The notes beneath the pieces were generated by a model. That model was given only the letters and a program-made list of their open reading frames with translations, had not been told where the DNA came from and searched no databases. A stretch of DNA of 64,000 nucleotides from Candidatus Poribacteria bacterium (lineage in GTDB: Bacteria; Poribacteria; WGA-4E; WGA-3G). How positions within the stretch are numbered: the first letter of the stretch is position 1; each line of letters begins with the position of its first letter. The position numbers and the translations under genes are program-made. The stretch is from NCBI GenBank assembly GCA_965198235.1, contig OZ240248.1, positions 3,776,001 to 3,840,000 on the forward strand, given 5' to 3'. Shown piece by piece: positions 21,051-32,205 of the stretch.

Positions 21051-21131
21051 GGTTTTCAGTTTTCAGTTAAGAGGTTTCATTTAGAGGTTGCCTCTTGTGA
21101 CTGACGACTGTTAACTGTTAACTGTTAACTA
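21051..21131. repeat. Short heptamer tandem repeats (ACTGTTA/CTGACAA/TTATCGG-like); similar tracts at 2613-2645, 23329-23440, 37441-37490, 55020-55037, 56657-56693
   Basis: Direct reading of 7-nt periodic intergenic tracts, often as converging arms. Confidence 0.6.
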
Positions 21132-22221
21132 TTTTGAGAGCTGCCTCATAGATTTGAGCATATCCACTCCGATCGGATGTGAATACAACGTGCTTGCCAT
21201 CCGGGCTGAAGGACGGGTGTGGATGTGTATGTTGTGGTGCGTAAACCTGAATCGGACCCGCAGCATACGGGAACGGTCCATTCCAATGCTCACCAATAGA
21301 TGAGGCGTTGGGATAGCATAACGTCTGCGGTTCGCCGATACCGTCACGTGGATCAAAAATTTGGATACCAATATCCGGGAAATTAGTATCTGCCACCATA
21401 AGTGTTCCAGCAGAATCGCTAATGGCATGCCATGCGTTGACCGTTGTCACTTGTCGGTCTATTCCGGTATCGACGTTGACACACCTCACACCCCGGGGCC
21501 AATCGACAAAAGCGAGTTCACGCGTTCCTGGAATCCACGTTTCATGTGTGATCCATTCGTTCTTTTCAACGTTACGGGCATAGAGGCGACGGTTTCCACT
21601 TCCGTCGCGATGGATTACCCACAGTCGATCGGTAAGGGGACCCGCATAGTAGAGCAGATTGGGATCATCGGGACAGAATTGAAGGTGTCCGATACTATCT
21701 CTCCGTAAGATGATATCGTGCCCGCCGGTGTCTGTGTCTATAATAGCGAGTGCGGATTCTTTACCGATGTTGAATCTCACAGCCCACCATCGATTATCGT
21801 GACTCAAGGCGGTAGTGCCCATAGCGGCGGCGACCATACCTTCGTCCTGCATCGCCGTTGCGGCGAAATTGACGAGTTCGCGCTCCTCAAGCGTCTCCAA
21901 ATCTACTTTCCATCCGCTTGTACCTGCTGTGAAGAAAACCGCTTTTCCATCGCGCGAGGGATGCACCGACCATTCCGAGAGGTCAGGTCTGTCTGTTAAT
22001 TGGCGAAGTTCACCCGTCGTCCGTTCTTCTGCGAATATCTGGGGTGTCCCTGTTCGGTATGAGACAAATATCAGCCGCTGCATCGCATCGTCATACGCAG
22101 GTATGATGAAGAATGGATGGTGGTGCAACGCGGACGCAGTCGTCACTTGTCGGATCTGTATTCCGGTGCATCGATCATAAAAGGTCCGTGATTCAGGGGG
22201 ATGAACTGTACCTTTCGCCAT
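21118..22221 (-). CDS. Oligogalacturonate lyase (Ogl)-like beta-propeller
   Basis: IGHLQFCPDD, WITHETW, WHAISD, QHTHPHPSFSPDG.VVFTSD. Confidence 0.8.
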   Translation of the reverse strand: MAKGTVHPPESRTFYDRCTGIQIRQVTTASALHHHPFFIIPAYDDAMQRLIFVSYRTGTPQIFAEERTTGELRQLTDRPDLSEWSVHPSRDGKAVFFTAGTSGWKVDLETLEERELVNFAATAMQDEGMVAAAMGTTALSHDNRWWAVRFNIGKESALAIIDTDTGGHDIILRRDSIGHLQFCPDDPNLLYYAGPLTDRLWVIHRDGSGNRRLYARNVEKNEWITHETWIPGTRELAFVDWPRGVRCVNVDTGIDRQVTTVNAWHAISDSAGTLMVADTNFPDIGIQIFDPRDGIGEPQTLCYPNASSIGEHWNGPFPYAAGPIQVYAPQHTHPHPSFSPDGKHVVFTSDRSGYAQIYEAALKIVNS

Positions 22222-22312
22222 TCTTTTAATTTTCCTTGCGGTTAAACGACGTGGTCTGTCTTTGAGCGTCCTATTCTTAAATCCTGCTTCGCAGTGAGAA
22301 CCATTTCATTTC

Positions 22313-23311
22313 TTATTCCTCGAACGCGGCATCAAAGGCAACAGCAGAAGGTTCAAAGTCATAGCCCTTGACGGCACCGCACGATTCGCGTGCACCGTGT
22401 TCTCTGTCCATTCCACTGTCTTCCCACTCAATGGAGAGTGGACCGTCGTATTCCATGGTGTTGAGGGCACGAATAACTTCCTCAAAGTTAATGCTACCAC
22501 GACCGATGGAACGGAAGTCCCAATTTCTCCGGACATCTCCGAAGTTCAGATGTCCGCCGAATACACCCGATAAACGGGGTGTGTCTGCCCACCAGACATC
22601 TTTCATGTGGACGTGATAAATCCGATCACTCAGTCGTTCGAGGAATGCTACATAGTCAACGCCTTGATAGCCGAGATGGCTTGGGTCGTAGTTAAATCCG
22701 AACGCTTCTCTGCCATTGACCGCCTCGATGGCACGTTCTGCAGTAACGATGTCAAAGGCAATTTCGGTGGGATGAACTTCGAGTCCAAATTTGACACCGA
22801 CTTCATCGAAGACATCAAAGATCGGGTTCCAGCGATCGGCGAAATCTTCAAAACCGGCATCAATTTGTCCTGGGTCGTTCGGAGGGAAAGAGTACAGAAG
22901 ATGCCATATTGAGCTACCGGTGAAACCGTTGACAACACTTACGCCGAGTTTCGCGGCGGCACGTGCTGTGTTTTTCATCTCTTCGGCAGCGCGTTCCTGA
23001 ACGCCTGCGGGATCTCCATCGCCCCAGATCGCCTCTGACAAGATGCCTTGATGTCGGCTGTCAATATTATCGCAGACTGCCTGTCCAACGAGGTGATTGC
23101 TGATTGCCCAAACTTTGAGTCCGTATTTCGCGAGTAGATCGTGTCTACCTTGGCAGTAGCTATCGTCTGCGAGTGCCTTGTCAACTTCAAAATGGTCGCC
23201 CCAACAGGCGAGTTCTAAGCCATCATAGCCCCAACCACTCGCTTTTTCTGCTAATTCCTCTAATGTTAAGTCTGCCCATTGGCCTGTAAAGAGTGTTACA
23301 GGTCTTGCCAT
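22313..23311 (-). CDS. Sugar phosphate isomerase/epimerase (xylose isomerase-like TIM barrel)
   Basis: [38 protein letters not shown]. Confidence 0.88.
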   Translation of the reverse strand: MARPVTLFTGQWADLTLEELAEKASGWGYDGLELACWGDHFEVDKALADDSYCQGRHDLLAKYGLKVWAISNHLVGQAVCDNIDSRHQGILSEAIWGDGDPAGVQERAAEEMKNTARAAAKLGVSVVNGFTGSSIWHLLYSFPPNDPGQIDAGFEDFADRWNPIFDVFDEVGVKFGLEVHPTEIAFDIVTAERAIEAVNGREAFGFNYDPSHLGYQGVDYVAFLERLSDRIYHVHMKDVWWADTPRLSGVFGGHLNFGDVRRNWDFRSIGRGSINFEEVIRALNTMEYDGPLSIEWEDSGMDREHGARESCGAVKGYDFEPSAVAFDAAFEE

Positions 23312-23450
23312 AGTATGTCTCCTTTTATTGGTTATCGGAAACCATCGGCTATCGGCTATCAGTGAAAAGATGTCTAATTAATCAAACCCTCTTACCGACT
23401 GCTGATAGTAAGGGAAGCGAACGCCCTGACTGCCGATTGCCAATATAAAA

Positions 23451-24623
23451 TTACGCGGGAGGCGAATACCTCACATCGATCCACGCGCGTTGTTTACCAC
23501 TATCCACAGCAGCATTAATAAAATGCACACCACGAGCACCATCTTGAACGGTTGGAAAATCTGTGTCGAATTCAGTTGGAGCTTCGCCCGCGATTTTCGC
23601 TGTTATTGTCCGTGCGGCGTTTACATAAATATTTGCGAATGCCTCAATGAACGCTTCTGGGTGTCCGAAAGGTATCCGCGAGTTGTGCTGGACGACCTCC
23701 GACAAATAATCGTTTCCACGTTTGTAAACCTGTTCGGGACCATCGGGGAAGCGAACATAGAGATAGTTCGGATTCTCCTGTTGCCATTCCAGCGATGCAT
23801 CAGTCCCATAGACACGGATACGCAGATTGTTCTCTTCGCCTACCGAGATTTGTGACGCATAAAGTACTCCACGGACTCCGTTTTCATAATGCACGAGTAG
23901 GTTTCCATCGTCTTCTAACAAGCGTCCCTCTACAAAAGTCGTCATATCCGCACAGATTTCTTCGATGTCGAGTCCTGTGATATAGTGTGCCAAGTTCTCT
24001 GCGTGGGAACCGATGTCCCCGATACATGAGGAAGCCCCGGCTTGATTCGGATCGGTACGCCAGACGGCTTGTTTCGCGCCTTCGTTCTCTAAAAATGTGG
24101 CGAGCCAGCCTTGCGGGTATTCGACGACGATTTTACGGAGTGTTCCGAGTTTCCCCTCTTTCACGAGTTCACGTGCCTGCTTCACCATCGGATAGCCTGT
24201 GTAGTTGTGTGTGAGCGCGAAAACGACATCGTGTTCTTTGACGAGTTGACATAGTGTCTCAGCATCAGCGACCGTTGTTGTCATCGGCTTATCACAGACG
24301 ACGTGAAATCCTGCTTCAATAAAGGTTTTGGCGATATCGAAATGGACGTGGTTCGGTGTCACGATTGAGACGAAATCAATGCGTTCGCCATCGGGAAGTT
24401 GGCTCTCTTTCTCTGCCATTTCTTGATAAGACCCGTAGACCCGGTTTGCGTCAAGGAAGAGTTCAGCACCCTGTTGTCGGGATTTTTCGGGTGATGATGA
24501 GAACGCGCCAGCAACGAGTTCTATTTCTCCGTCAAGTGCTGCGGCTTTCCGATGGACGGCACCGATGAACGCATCCGGTCCACCACCTACCATGCCGTAA
24601 CGGGCTTTCCTGTTCAGTGGCAT
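23451..24623 (-). CDS. Gfo/Idh/MocA oxidoreductase
   Basis: [31 protein letters not shown]; start at MPLNRK after AGGAG. Confidence 0.9.
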   Translation of the reverse strand: MPLNRKARYGMVGGGPDAFIGAVHRKAAALDGEIELVAGAFSSSPEKSRQQGAELFLDANRVYGSYQEMAEKESQLPDGERIDFVSIVTPNHVHFDIAKTFIEAGFHVVCDKPMTTTVADAETLCQLVKEHDVVFALTHNYTGYPMVKQARELVKEGKLGTLRKIVVEYPQGWLATFLENEGAKQAVWRTDPNQAGASSCIGDIGSHAENLAHYITGLDIEEICADMTTFVEGRLLEDDGNLLVHYENGVRGVLYASQISVGEENNLRIRVYGTDASLEWQQENPNYLYVRFPDGPEQVYKRGNDYLSEVVQHNSRIPFGHPEAFIEAFANIYVNAARTITAKIAGEAPTEFDTDFPTVQDGARGVHFINAAVDSGKQRAWIDVRYSPPA

Positions 24624-25041
24624 CTTGCGTGTTTTCTCCTTTGCTTTGTAATCTGGGCTTGCAAGTTTCGCCCTATGAGGATATGTTGATTCCAAGATAC
24701 ATTATCTCATATTTTATGATTTTTTTCAAGTTTTTTGCAGCGTCATTCAGTTCTCCTGTAGAAAGGATCTCCGCGTCCGGCCCTCCTGATCACAATTTCG
24801 TTTAACTTTTCCTGGAAATCTGTTATCATTCTCACAATCGTTTACGAGGGTTCGGGTAGTAGTGCTTTGTCACGTCAACATTGAAGTATAGACATCGCGA
24901 GCATGGGGGAAATCCGAAGAAGCACCCAAGCAATACGCAGAAACACCCTATCAAAAACACCCCAAGCAAAAACACTCGCTCCTACAGGTAGAGGTTAGGG
25001 GCTTGTGCCACCTACCCCATCATTTCAAGCTTGACAAAGCA

Positions 25042-25151
25042 GTAGGTTGGGTTGAACGGACTGAACTAAAACGTTAGCCTCGCCAAAAAACCGGGGGTTC
25101 GTGCTATACACCCACCATCACAGAGATACCGAGTGAAACCCAACGTTCTAC
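25042..25151 (+). repeat. Long GTAG-footed element (GTAGGTTGGGTTGAACGG...GTGAAACCCAAC); copies at 55131-55235 (-), 62359-62582 (inverted doublet), partial 50577-50593
   Basis: Shared 18-nt foot and distal AGTGAAACCCAA arm. Confidence 0.75.
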
Positions 25152-25261
25152 CAAAAACGTTGAATAAATAGAAAACCCCAAAATCCGCGCAATCCGCGAT
25201 TCAGACGATGAACAACAGACAACCGACAACCCATCACAACACACAGGAGACAAAAGACCAG

Positions 25262-27235
25262 ATGAACCCTTTCAAAAAGAAGCATCGGGATTACAAATCC
25301 CTCCTACAGGGCGCGCAGATTCTCGTGACGCTTGCGGTGGCGATAGGCATGTTGTTCAGCATCACCCCCGAAGTAGATGGATTTATGGCGTTTGACCATC
25401 AGTCTCAACTTCCAGAGCATATGAGGAGAAAATTCAACAACCTCATCCGTCGGGTGCATAAGGATCAGTGGGTGATTGGCTATGCATACGCCGATCCTGA
25501 ATGGGGTGAACCTGCCGGGGTCTGCCCACCGGAGGCAAGACACAACGGCGCGGCGATTGAGGCAGCCATCACCGATGCCTTGCGCGCCTGGTTGCAGCCT
25601 GTCAAGGACTTGAACACCGGCAAACCCGTCGTCGATGACTTTCGCTATGTCCCGAACTTCGATGTGAGTAATGTGCCTGAGCTTAAGTTGTATGACCTGC
25701 GAATCGTTTTCTTCTGCGACGTTGACAAATCACGCGCATTGACAGGGTCAAGAGAGGCACATCCGCCACAGATCCACATGCACCGAGGCACAGATGTGGA
25801 CGAACGTTTCGAGTTTACCCTCCTGCACGAGATCGGTCATTCCTTCGGTTTACTGGATACCTATCGGAGACAGGAACTTACGCTCGAAGAACTCAGAGTC
25901 AGCAGGGGTGGCTTGCTTGCAACCATCGGACACCAACCCTCTTCGGTGATGTCCGGGCTGTACATCTCTCGCCCCGGTCCCAGACGCATCGCTCAGGACG
26001 ACGCAAACGGTATCGTTTGGCTCTATAAGTTCTATCACGAAAATCTGCCACTTGAAGATTGTATCTTCCCCGACTACGAGTTGGAGACATCTCCCGATGG
26101 GTGTCGTCCGAAGTCTCCACTCATCTTTGAAATCAAACATGGCCCTGATGAGCGCTTTGCGATCCAAGTTATTGAGCAGGATAGAAACACGGATGTCAAT
26201 GCCAAGGACGAAACGGGGTCAACGGCACTCCACCATGCGTTAGAAAAAGGGTATTCACGGCTGCTGGAGAAACTCTTGGTGCATTCAGACCTTGATGTGA
26301 ATGCGAGGAATGCCGAGGGAAGCACGGCACTGTTCTGGGCGGCAAAACGCGGGTCTTACGGTGTGACAGAGCGACTTCTGAAGCACAGGAAGATTGACGT
26401 GAACATCAGAAACACTGCTGGCACGACACCCCTGAAGGCAGCCGCAGCAGAAGAAAACGATCGCATCGTAGAGTTGCTTTTAGAACAGGAGCCCCGTGAA
26501 TCGGATTGGACAGGGGTTGATAAAACCGCTCCCGCACATCAGCGCTCGGTGTTTTACCTACTCCACGATCCGCGTCCATTGATTTTCCATGCGGGGTATC
26601 TGGGAACAGTCCTCGGGGGAGATGCGTTGTTCATTACACAGAAACGGGAAGACGCTTCCATAGAAAGTTATCTCAGCAAAGGAGACTTCACACTCGTGAG
26701 TCATTCGGGTGTCGTTGCGGAGAGTATCAAGATTCGGGAAATCGCATCGTTTCCCGGTGCGGACGGTGAAACAGGCAGCGTGCTTCTGGCAATCAGAGAC
26801 GTAGATCTCTCAGCGTATGAACCGTTACTGGTCTCAACAGACCCCATTCTCACAGAAACGGATGTCGAACTGCTGACGTATAAGTTTGGGTCGGGTATTG
26901 CGTTGAAAGGGAATGACAAAGATAACGCATTGAATCTTCCACTTCAGGTGCGTGCGTGTGTCTCGGTGCCGCATGTCGGGTTGGGTGCCAAAGGTTTATG
27001 GCAGCATACGTGTGGGCCTCCCAACAGCGTTGCGTCGGGGGCATTGCTATTCGATGAGAAGGACGGGATACTCATCGGTTTCTATACCGAACAGGAGGTC
27101 GAGGAGATTCTTGGAGACGGGCTTCCGCTTGCCAACAGTGTGTCTGAGGCGTTGATACGGCTTGTCGACGCCAAGCCGGTAAGTCCGAAAAACAGATTGA
27201 CGACGACATGGGCGGAAATCAAACAGGAGGACTGA
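25262..27235 (+). CDS. Secreted metzincin metalloprotease + 3 ankyrin repeats + degenerate trypsin-like domain + C-terminal motif (paralog 1)
   Basis: HEIGHSFGLLD and SVMSG Met-turn; DVNAKDETGSTALH ankyrins; tail PVSPKNRLTTTWAEIK; RBS CAGGAGA before ATG 25262. Confidence 0.85.
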   Translation: MNPFKKKHRDYKSLLQGAQILVTLAVAIGMLFSITPEVDGFMAFDHQSQLPEHMRRKFNNLIRRVHKDQWVIGYAYADPEWGEPAGVCPPEARHNGAAIEAAITDALRAWLQPVKDLNTGKPVVDDFRYVPNFDVSNVPELKLYDLRIVFFCDVDKSRALTGSREAHPPQIHMHRGTDVDERFEFTLLHEIGHSFGLLDTYRRQELTLEELRVSRGGLLATIGHQPSSVMSGLYISRPGPRRIAQDDANGIVWLYKFYHENLPLEDCIFPDYELETSPDGCRPKSPLIFEIKHGPDERFAIQVIEQDRNTDVNAKDETGSTALHHALEKGYSRLLEKLLVHSDLDVNARNAEGSTALFWAAKRGSYGVTERLLKHRKIDVNIRNTAGTTPLKAAAAEENDRIVELLLEQEPRESDWTGVDKTAPAHQRSVFYLLHDPRPLIFHAGYLGTVLGGDALFITQKREDASIESYLSKGDFTLVSHSGVVAESIKIREIASFPGADGETGSVLLAIRDVDLSAYEPLLVSTDPILTETDVELLTYKFGSGIALKGNDKDNALNLPLQVRACVSVPHVGLGAKGLWQHTCGPPNSVASGALLFDEKDGILIGFYTEQEVEEILGDGLPLANSVSEALIRLVDAKPVSPKNRLTTTWAEIKQED

Positions 27236-27496
27236 ATGCTATTATAACGCAAGTTGCTACCTATTTATAGACATAGCACCCCTAATGAAGATTAAGAATT
27301 TAATCGGGTAATTTTTACCGATGCCCGGTGCGGTTAGGAAACTGCACCTACCGGGCCTGGTTCCCCAAAATCCTCCTAAAGAACGGAAAACTAAATAGCC
27401 ATAGATTTTCCTACATACATCTTCTGGATTTGTGATATACTATTGCAGAAATCGAAAGTGTTTTGCTGTTTGTAGTGCTATTTGGAGGAGATTTGC

Positions 27497-28465
27497 ATGA
27501 GTACAGAAAGAAAATGGGATGATTCAATTGTCCGTTATCCAGACCCGGCGATTGAGGTGCTGGACCCGCGTTTTGGAAAGTATACGATCGGTAATTCTGT
27601 TGTCGAGCGGTTATGGACAGGGTCGCGCTGGGCAGAAGGACCCGTCTGGTTCGGCGATGGCGGTTATCTGCTCTGGAGCGATATTCCAAACAACCGGATC
27701 CTGAAATGGGAGGAATCCACCGGCGAAGTGAGCGTCTACCGTAAACCGTCCAATTATAGCAATGGACATACCCGCGATCGGCAGGGAAGACTCATCAGTT
27801 GTGAACACGGGGCACGGTGTGTCACGCGAACCGAATATGACGGAACGATTACCGTGTTGATGGACAGTTATGATGGGAAGCCTCTCAATGCTCCAAACGA
27901 TGTCGCTGTCCACCCCGATGGGCATGTCTGGTTTACCGATCCCGGATACGGTATTATGCTCAACTATGAAGGACACATAGCCGAATTTGAATTGCCGACC
28001 TGCGTGTATCGTCTCAACCCGGATACCGGCGCAGCAACCATCGTGATAGATGAACTCGAAAAACCGAACGGTATCTGCTTTTCACCCGATTATGAGAAGC
28101 TCTATCTCGTGGATACTGGGGTTACGCATAAAGAGGGGACACCGCGGCATCTCTTCGTCTACGACGTAATAGACGGCGATCGGCTCGGTAAACAGGAGGT
28201 GTTCTGCGATACGGCTCCCGGTATTGCTGACGGTATTCGGTGTGATGTTGATGGAAACCTGTGGGCAAGTGCGGGTTGGGTTGGCGACGGATACGATGGG
28301 GTGCATGTCTTCGCCCCAGACGGAACACGTATCGGACAAATTCACCTCCCAGAAATTTGTGCAAACCTCTGCTTCGGTGGTGTGAAAAGGAACAGGCTCT
28401 TTATGGCAGGCAGTCAATCTCTTTATTCAGTTTATGTAGAAGCGCAAGGGGTGCCGCTTTTTTAG
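27497..28465 (+). CDS. SMP-30/gluconolactonase/LRE family protein
   Basis: WAEGPVW, WSDIPNNRI, LNAPND, PNGICFSPD, ADGIRCD, NLCFGG. Confidence 0.92.
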   Translation: MSTERKWDDSIVRYPDPAIEVLDPRFGKYTIGNSVVERLWTGSRWAEGPVWFGDGGYLLWSDIPNNRILKWEESTGEVSVYRKPSNYSNGHTRDRQGRLISCEHGARCVTRTEYDGTITVLMDSYDGKPLNAPNDVAVHPDGHVWFTDPGYGIMLNYEGHIAEFELPTCVYRLNPDTGAATIVIDELEKPNGICFSPDYEKLYLVDTGVTHKEGTPRHLFVYDVIDGDRLGKQEVFCDTAPGIADGIRCDVDGNLWASAGWVGDGYDGVHVFAPDGTRIGQIHLPEICANLCFGGVKRNRLFMAGSQSLYSVYVEAQGVPLF

Positions 28466-28567
28466 TCGGGATTACAAATCGCTTTTACGCTTCTGCGGAG
28501 ACAAAAGGATCCCCAACGGTTTCCTATGCTACGGGACACACAGGCTAACAGCCTATGCTACAAAAGA

Positions 28568-29386
28568 ATGAACATGGAGACTCTCGAACATATCAACTGC
28601 CCAATTTGTGAACGGGATGAAACGGAAGAACTTTTCAATAAGGACACCTTATCGGTGGTCGTCTGCAAGCCGTGCCTGTTGCGCTATGTAAATCCGAGAA
28701 TCAATCGTCAGACGCTTGAGGATGGGTATGTTGAGACTTACTATCCGCCGGATAAAGTAGAACGCATCCGGACGGATAGCATGGAATGGTTGCAGATGAC
28801 GGAGCGTCTGGCTGAATTGGAGAAACAGCATCAGCGTAAGGGAAGGCTCTTAGATGTTGGGTGTGGTATTGGGACGTTTCTCCATCTCGCGCGCGAACAG
28901 GGTTGGGAATCCCACGGCGTTGATCCGTCCAAGAGTGGGAGTGCTTTTGCACAAGAGGTCCATCAATTGGATGTAAAGTGCGGAGATGTCTTTGAAGCCG
29001 GGTTTCCATCTGCCCACTTCGATGCGATTACACTCTACCATGTGTTAGAGCATATCTCGGAATTAAATCCCTTCCTCAGCGAGTTACGCCGAATGCTGAA
29101 GCCTCAGACGGGGACCCTTGTCATTGAAGTGCCGAACGGTGAGAGTTTGCAGAGCCGTCTCCAGAAAGCGGAGTGGCCCTATGTCCACCCGCGCGATCAT
29201 CTCTACTATTTTTCTGCGCGTTCCTTACCAAAATTACTTCGGAAGCACGGTTTTCAGAACATTACATTGGGGAAACCGCGGCGCGTTAACCCGATAACTG
29301 GGATCGGTTTCGCACTTCGTCAAACTGCGACTGCTGCCTTAGTTCGGTTCCATTTAGGTACAGTGATTCGAGTGTATGCGAGTTAG
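28568..29386 (+). CDS. Class I SAM-dependent methyltransferase with N-terminal Zn-ribbon
   Basis: CPIC...CKPC, LLDVGCGIG, HVLEH, EVPN; start uncertain (28526/28568/28574). Confidence 0.85.
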   Translation: MNMETLEHINCPICERDETEELFNKDTLSVVVCKPCLLRYVNPRINRQTLEDGYVETYYPPDKVERIRTDSMEWLQMTERLAELEKQHQRKGRLLDVGCGIGTFLHLAREQGWESHGVDPSKSGSAFAQEVHQLDVKCGDVFEAGFPSAHFDAITLYHVLEHISELNPFLSELRRMLKPQTGTLVIEVPNGESLQSRLQKAEWPYVHPRDHLYYFSARSLPKLLRKHGFQNITLGKPRRVNPITGIGFALRQTATAALVRFHLGTVIRVYAS

Positions 29387-29517
29387 TCAGTATGCGTTAC
29401 GATATCGAGCAAGAGTAGCCCTTAAAAAACTGTAATAGGTGCTTTGAACCCTCAGAAAGCCTGTGAAATTAACCAAAAACCGCGATGGACAACAGGCATG
29501 GCGACCAGACTTAATAG

Positions 29518-29991
29518 TTAAAAAAACGATCTCGGTACTTGATAAGAGAATGTTTGAATGACCTCATTCATGAGTAGCCGTTGTGCAATAGTCTCAAGCA
29601 CTTTCGTATTCAGGGTACCAGTGAACCAATATTTATGTCCCGTGCGAACGGTAGTGACACCCGCGATACCTAAATCGGTGATACCTTTGATGGTGCTATC
29701 ACCGACTGCATCCGTAACACCGGGCTTGAATTGCACTTCAAGTGTCCAATCTATCTCGGTACCATTTTCGGTTCCAAAGGCGTAAGCTTGTGTGATAGGA
29801 TCAGCGAGGAGTTCAGTGCCGATTCGGTCAATAGTTTCTGCGTCGAGGGTTCCTTCGATCCAGTAGACTGTGGCTGTGCGCACAGAATCAATACCATTAA
29901 TACCGAGGTCAGCTATATCCTCAAGGATACCTTGTCCAACGGTATCGGGGACTTCAGGTTTATAATAAACTTCAACTTTCCAGTTTTTCAT
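29518..29991 (-). CDS. Tandem PurS-like domain protein (FGAM synthase PurS-type)
   Basis: Two repeats: VYYKPEVPD..LLADPITQ and VQFKPGVTD..LLMNEVIQ. Confidence 0.7.
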   Translation of the reverse strand: MKNWKVEVYYKPEVPDTVGQGILEDIADLGINGIDSVRTATVYWIEGTLDAETIDRIGTELLADPITQAYAFGTENGTEIDWTLEVQFKPGVTDAVGDSTIKGITDLGIAGVTTVRTGHKYWFTGTLNTKVLETIAQRLLMNEVIQTFSYQVPRSFF

Positions 29992-30135
29992 ATTTTTAAT
30001 CATGGGCCTATCTGAACACTTTTTCTCCGTTGTCGAAAAAGTGGTTTTAGGTTAAGTTAGGAATGTTCCTTAACCGAAGATCGTCAAGGACAACGGACTT
30101 GACGATCAGAAGCAATAGTTAAAAAGTGGTAAAAA

Positions 30136-30960
30136 ATGTCAAAAAAACAGATAAACGTCTTGGTTTTCGGTGCACATCCCGATGATTGTGATATTAAAGC
30201 GGGAGGTGTCGCTGCCTTGTATGCGCAACAGGGACATCGCGTTAAATTTGTCTCTGTTACGAACGGCGATGCCGGGCATCATGAAATGGGTGGCGGTCCT
30301 TTGGCGCAGCGGCGAAATGAAGAAGCGCAAGCCGCCGCCGAAGTCGTCGGTATTGAATATGAATTATTGGACAATCACGATGGCGAACTTATGCCGACAT
30401 TAGAAAACCGATATAAGATTATTCGTACGATTCGTGAATTCCGTCCAGATTTAATAATGACCCACCGTCCGAACGATTATCATCCTGACCATCGGTATAC
30501 GTCAACCTTAGTGCAGGACGCTGCATACATGGTTACTGTGCCGACCATCTGTGCTCTCACACCGCATTTGGATAAAAATCCGGTTATCGCTTATTTGAGT
30601 GATGGTTTCATGAAGCCCTATCCGTTCACGCCGGATGTCGTTGTTGGCATTGATGCTGTCGTTGAACAGAAGATTGATATGCTCCACTGTCACGTATCGC
30701 AGTTTTACGAGTGGCTTCCTTACAACAGCGGCACGTTAGATACCGTCCCTGCTGGTGCATCGGAACGGCATGCATGGCTTGCTGAACGCTTGTTAAATCG
30801 TTTCCAAGATGTCGCCGAAAAGCATCGAGATTTGCTAATAGCACGCTACGGCGAAGAAACGGGAGCACAGATCAAATATGCTGAGGCATTCGAAGGGTGC
30901 GAGTACGGTTCCGCACTAACCGCAGAAAATATACCGACCCTCTTTCCATTTTTCAAGTAA
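30136..30960 (+). CDS. PIG-L/LmbE family deacetylase
   Basis: GAHPDD, VTNGDAG, DYHPDH, AEAFE. Confidence 0.9.
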   Translation: MSKKQINVLVFGAHPDDCDIKAGGVAALYAQQGHRVKFVSVTNGDAGHHEMGGGPLAQRRNEEAQAAAEVVGIEYELLDNHDGELMPTLENRYKIIRTIREFRPDLIMTHRPNDYHPDHRYTSTLVQDAAYMVTVPTICALTPHLDKNPVIAYLSDGFMKPYPFTPDVVVGIDAVVEQKIDMLHCHVSQFYEWLPYNSGTLDTVPAGASERHAWLAERLLNRFQDVAEKHRDLLIARYGEETGAQIKYAEAFEGCEYGSALTAENIPTLFPFFK

Positions 30961-30979
30961 GGAGTTTTGTTTTAACGAT

Positions 30980-31240
30980 ATGCCAACGGAACAAGCCAGC
31001 GCCAGGACGCTTATGATGATTGTCAGCGTTATTGGTCTTATCTTTGCGATTGTTATGGTCATTCTTTTTTTTAATGCGGCACCTGCGCGTTCTAATATAG
31101 AGGTGCATCGTGGTTCAGAGGAAGCAGTTGAGTGTCTGAAGTGTCATTTAAGAGGCGATGAAAAATCCCCGACAATGCCACATCTCAATCTCGGTCGGTG
31201 TAACCTCTGCCACGGGTTATCCAAGGAAGATCCACAGTAG
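30980..31240 (+). CDS. Small membrane-anchored dihaem c-type cytochrome
   Basis: N-terminal TM helix; CLKCH and CNLCH haem motifs with PTMPH between. Confidence 0.7.
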   Translation: MPTEQASARTLMMIVSVIGLIFAIVMVILFFNAAPARSNIEVHRGSEEAVECLKCHLRGDEKSPTMPHLNLGRCNLCHGLSKEDPQ

Positions 31241-31257
31241 ATAGTAACCACACTGCA

Positions 31258-32163
31258 CTACGCCACAGCAGTCGAGCGAAGAACGGCTTTTATTCCTACC
31301 CAAGTAACCTTATCTTCTGCCTCGCTGACTACCTCAATACATTGAAACTGATTTGCCTCTAAAACTGACTGGACTTGGGCAAATTCAGCCTCCAAAATCC
31401 CAGAGAAAATGACGATCCCTTCAGGATAGAGCCGCTGTGCACAGAACGGAATCATCGGAAGAATTGCCTTTGTTAGGATATTCCCAATGATGAGATGGTA
31501 TCTGTTTTCTGTTCCCTTGAGCCCATCGCCTTGACATAAACACACCTGCAATGCCACATCGTTTGCCTGAAAATTGGCTGCTGCAACAGGGATTGCTGTT
31601 GAATCAATCTCAATGGCATCAACGTGTTTCGCTCCTAACTTAATAGCAGCAATTGTTAGGATACCTGAACCTGTCCCGATGTCAGCAACGCGATGGTGCG
31701 ATTCGACGGTGCGTTCCAATAATTCGAGGGTGAGTCGTGTGGTTGGATGGTAACCTGTTCCAAATGCCATACCCGGATCAAGTTGAATCAGGATTTCCGT
31801 TTTGTTGTGGGGAACATCGCTCCACGTTGGGGCAATGACAATCCTTCTACCAACACGCTGCGGTGGGAAGGCGGATTTCCATGCCTCTTCCCACTTCTCG
31901 GATTTGACCTGTTTTAAATCAATCGTTGCAGGGTGTGGTTGGATACCCCATGTTGGAAGTTCCGTAAGGAAGTCGCGGAGTTTCTGCATCCGTGCGCTAA
32001 CTCTGTCATCTAAAGGGTAGTGAGCGATGAGGTTTACTGTGGATGCCTCGTTATCCTTGAGTTCAACGCCAGTTGCACTTAATTCAAAGAGAAAGTGCGC
32101 GACGGCTTCGGATGCTTCTTGAGAGGTAGTCACCGTAATTCTTGCCCAGTCCATGTTTACCAC
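31258..32163 (-). CDS. prmA: Ribosomal protein L11 methyltransferase
   Basis: LDPGMAFGTGYHPTT, DIGTGSGIL; downstream of dnaJ. Confidence 0.93.
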   Translation of the reverse strand: MVNMDWARITVTTSQEASEAVAHFLFELSATGVELKDNEASTVNLIAHYPLDDRVSARMQKLRDFLTELPTWGIQPHPATIDLKQVKSEKWEEAWKSAFPPQRVGRRIVIAPTWSDVPHNKTEILIQLDPGMAFGTGYHPTTRLTLELLERTVESHHRVADIGTGSGILTIAAIKLGAKHVDAIEIDSTAIPVAAANFQANDVALQVCLCQGDGLKGTENRYHLIIGNILTKAILPMIPFCAQRLYPEGIVIFSGILEAEFAQVQSVLEANQFQCIEVVSEAEDKVTWVGIKAVLRSTAVA

Positions 32164-32205
32164 GTTTCTGCGTTGGCACTTTCTCAGAAAACTGACCGGT
32201 AGTCT

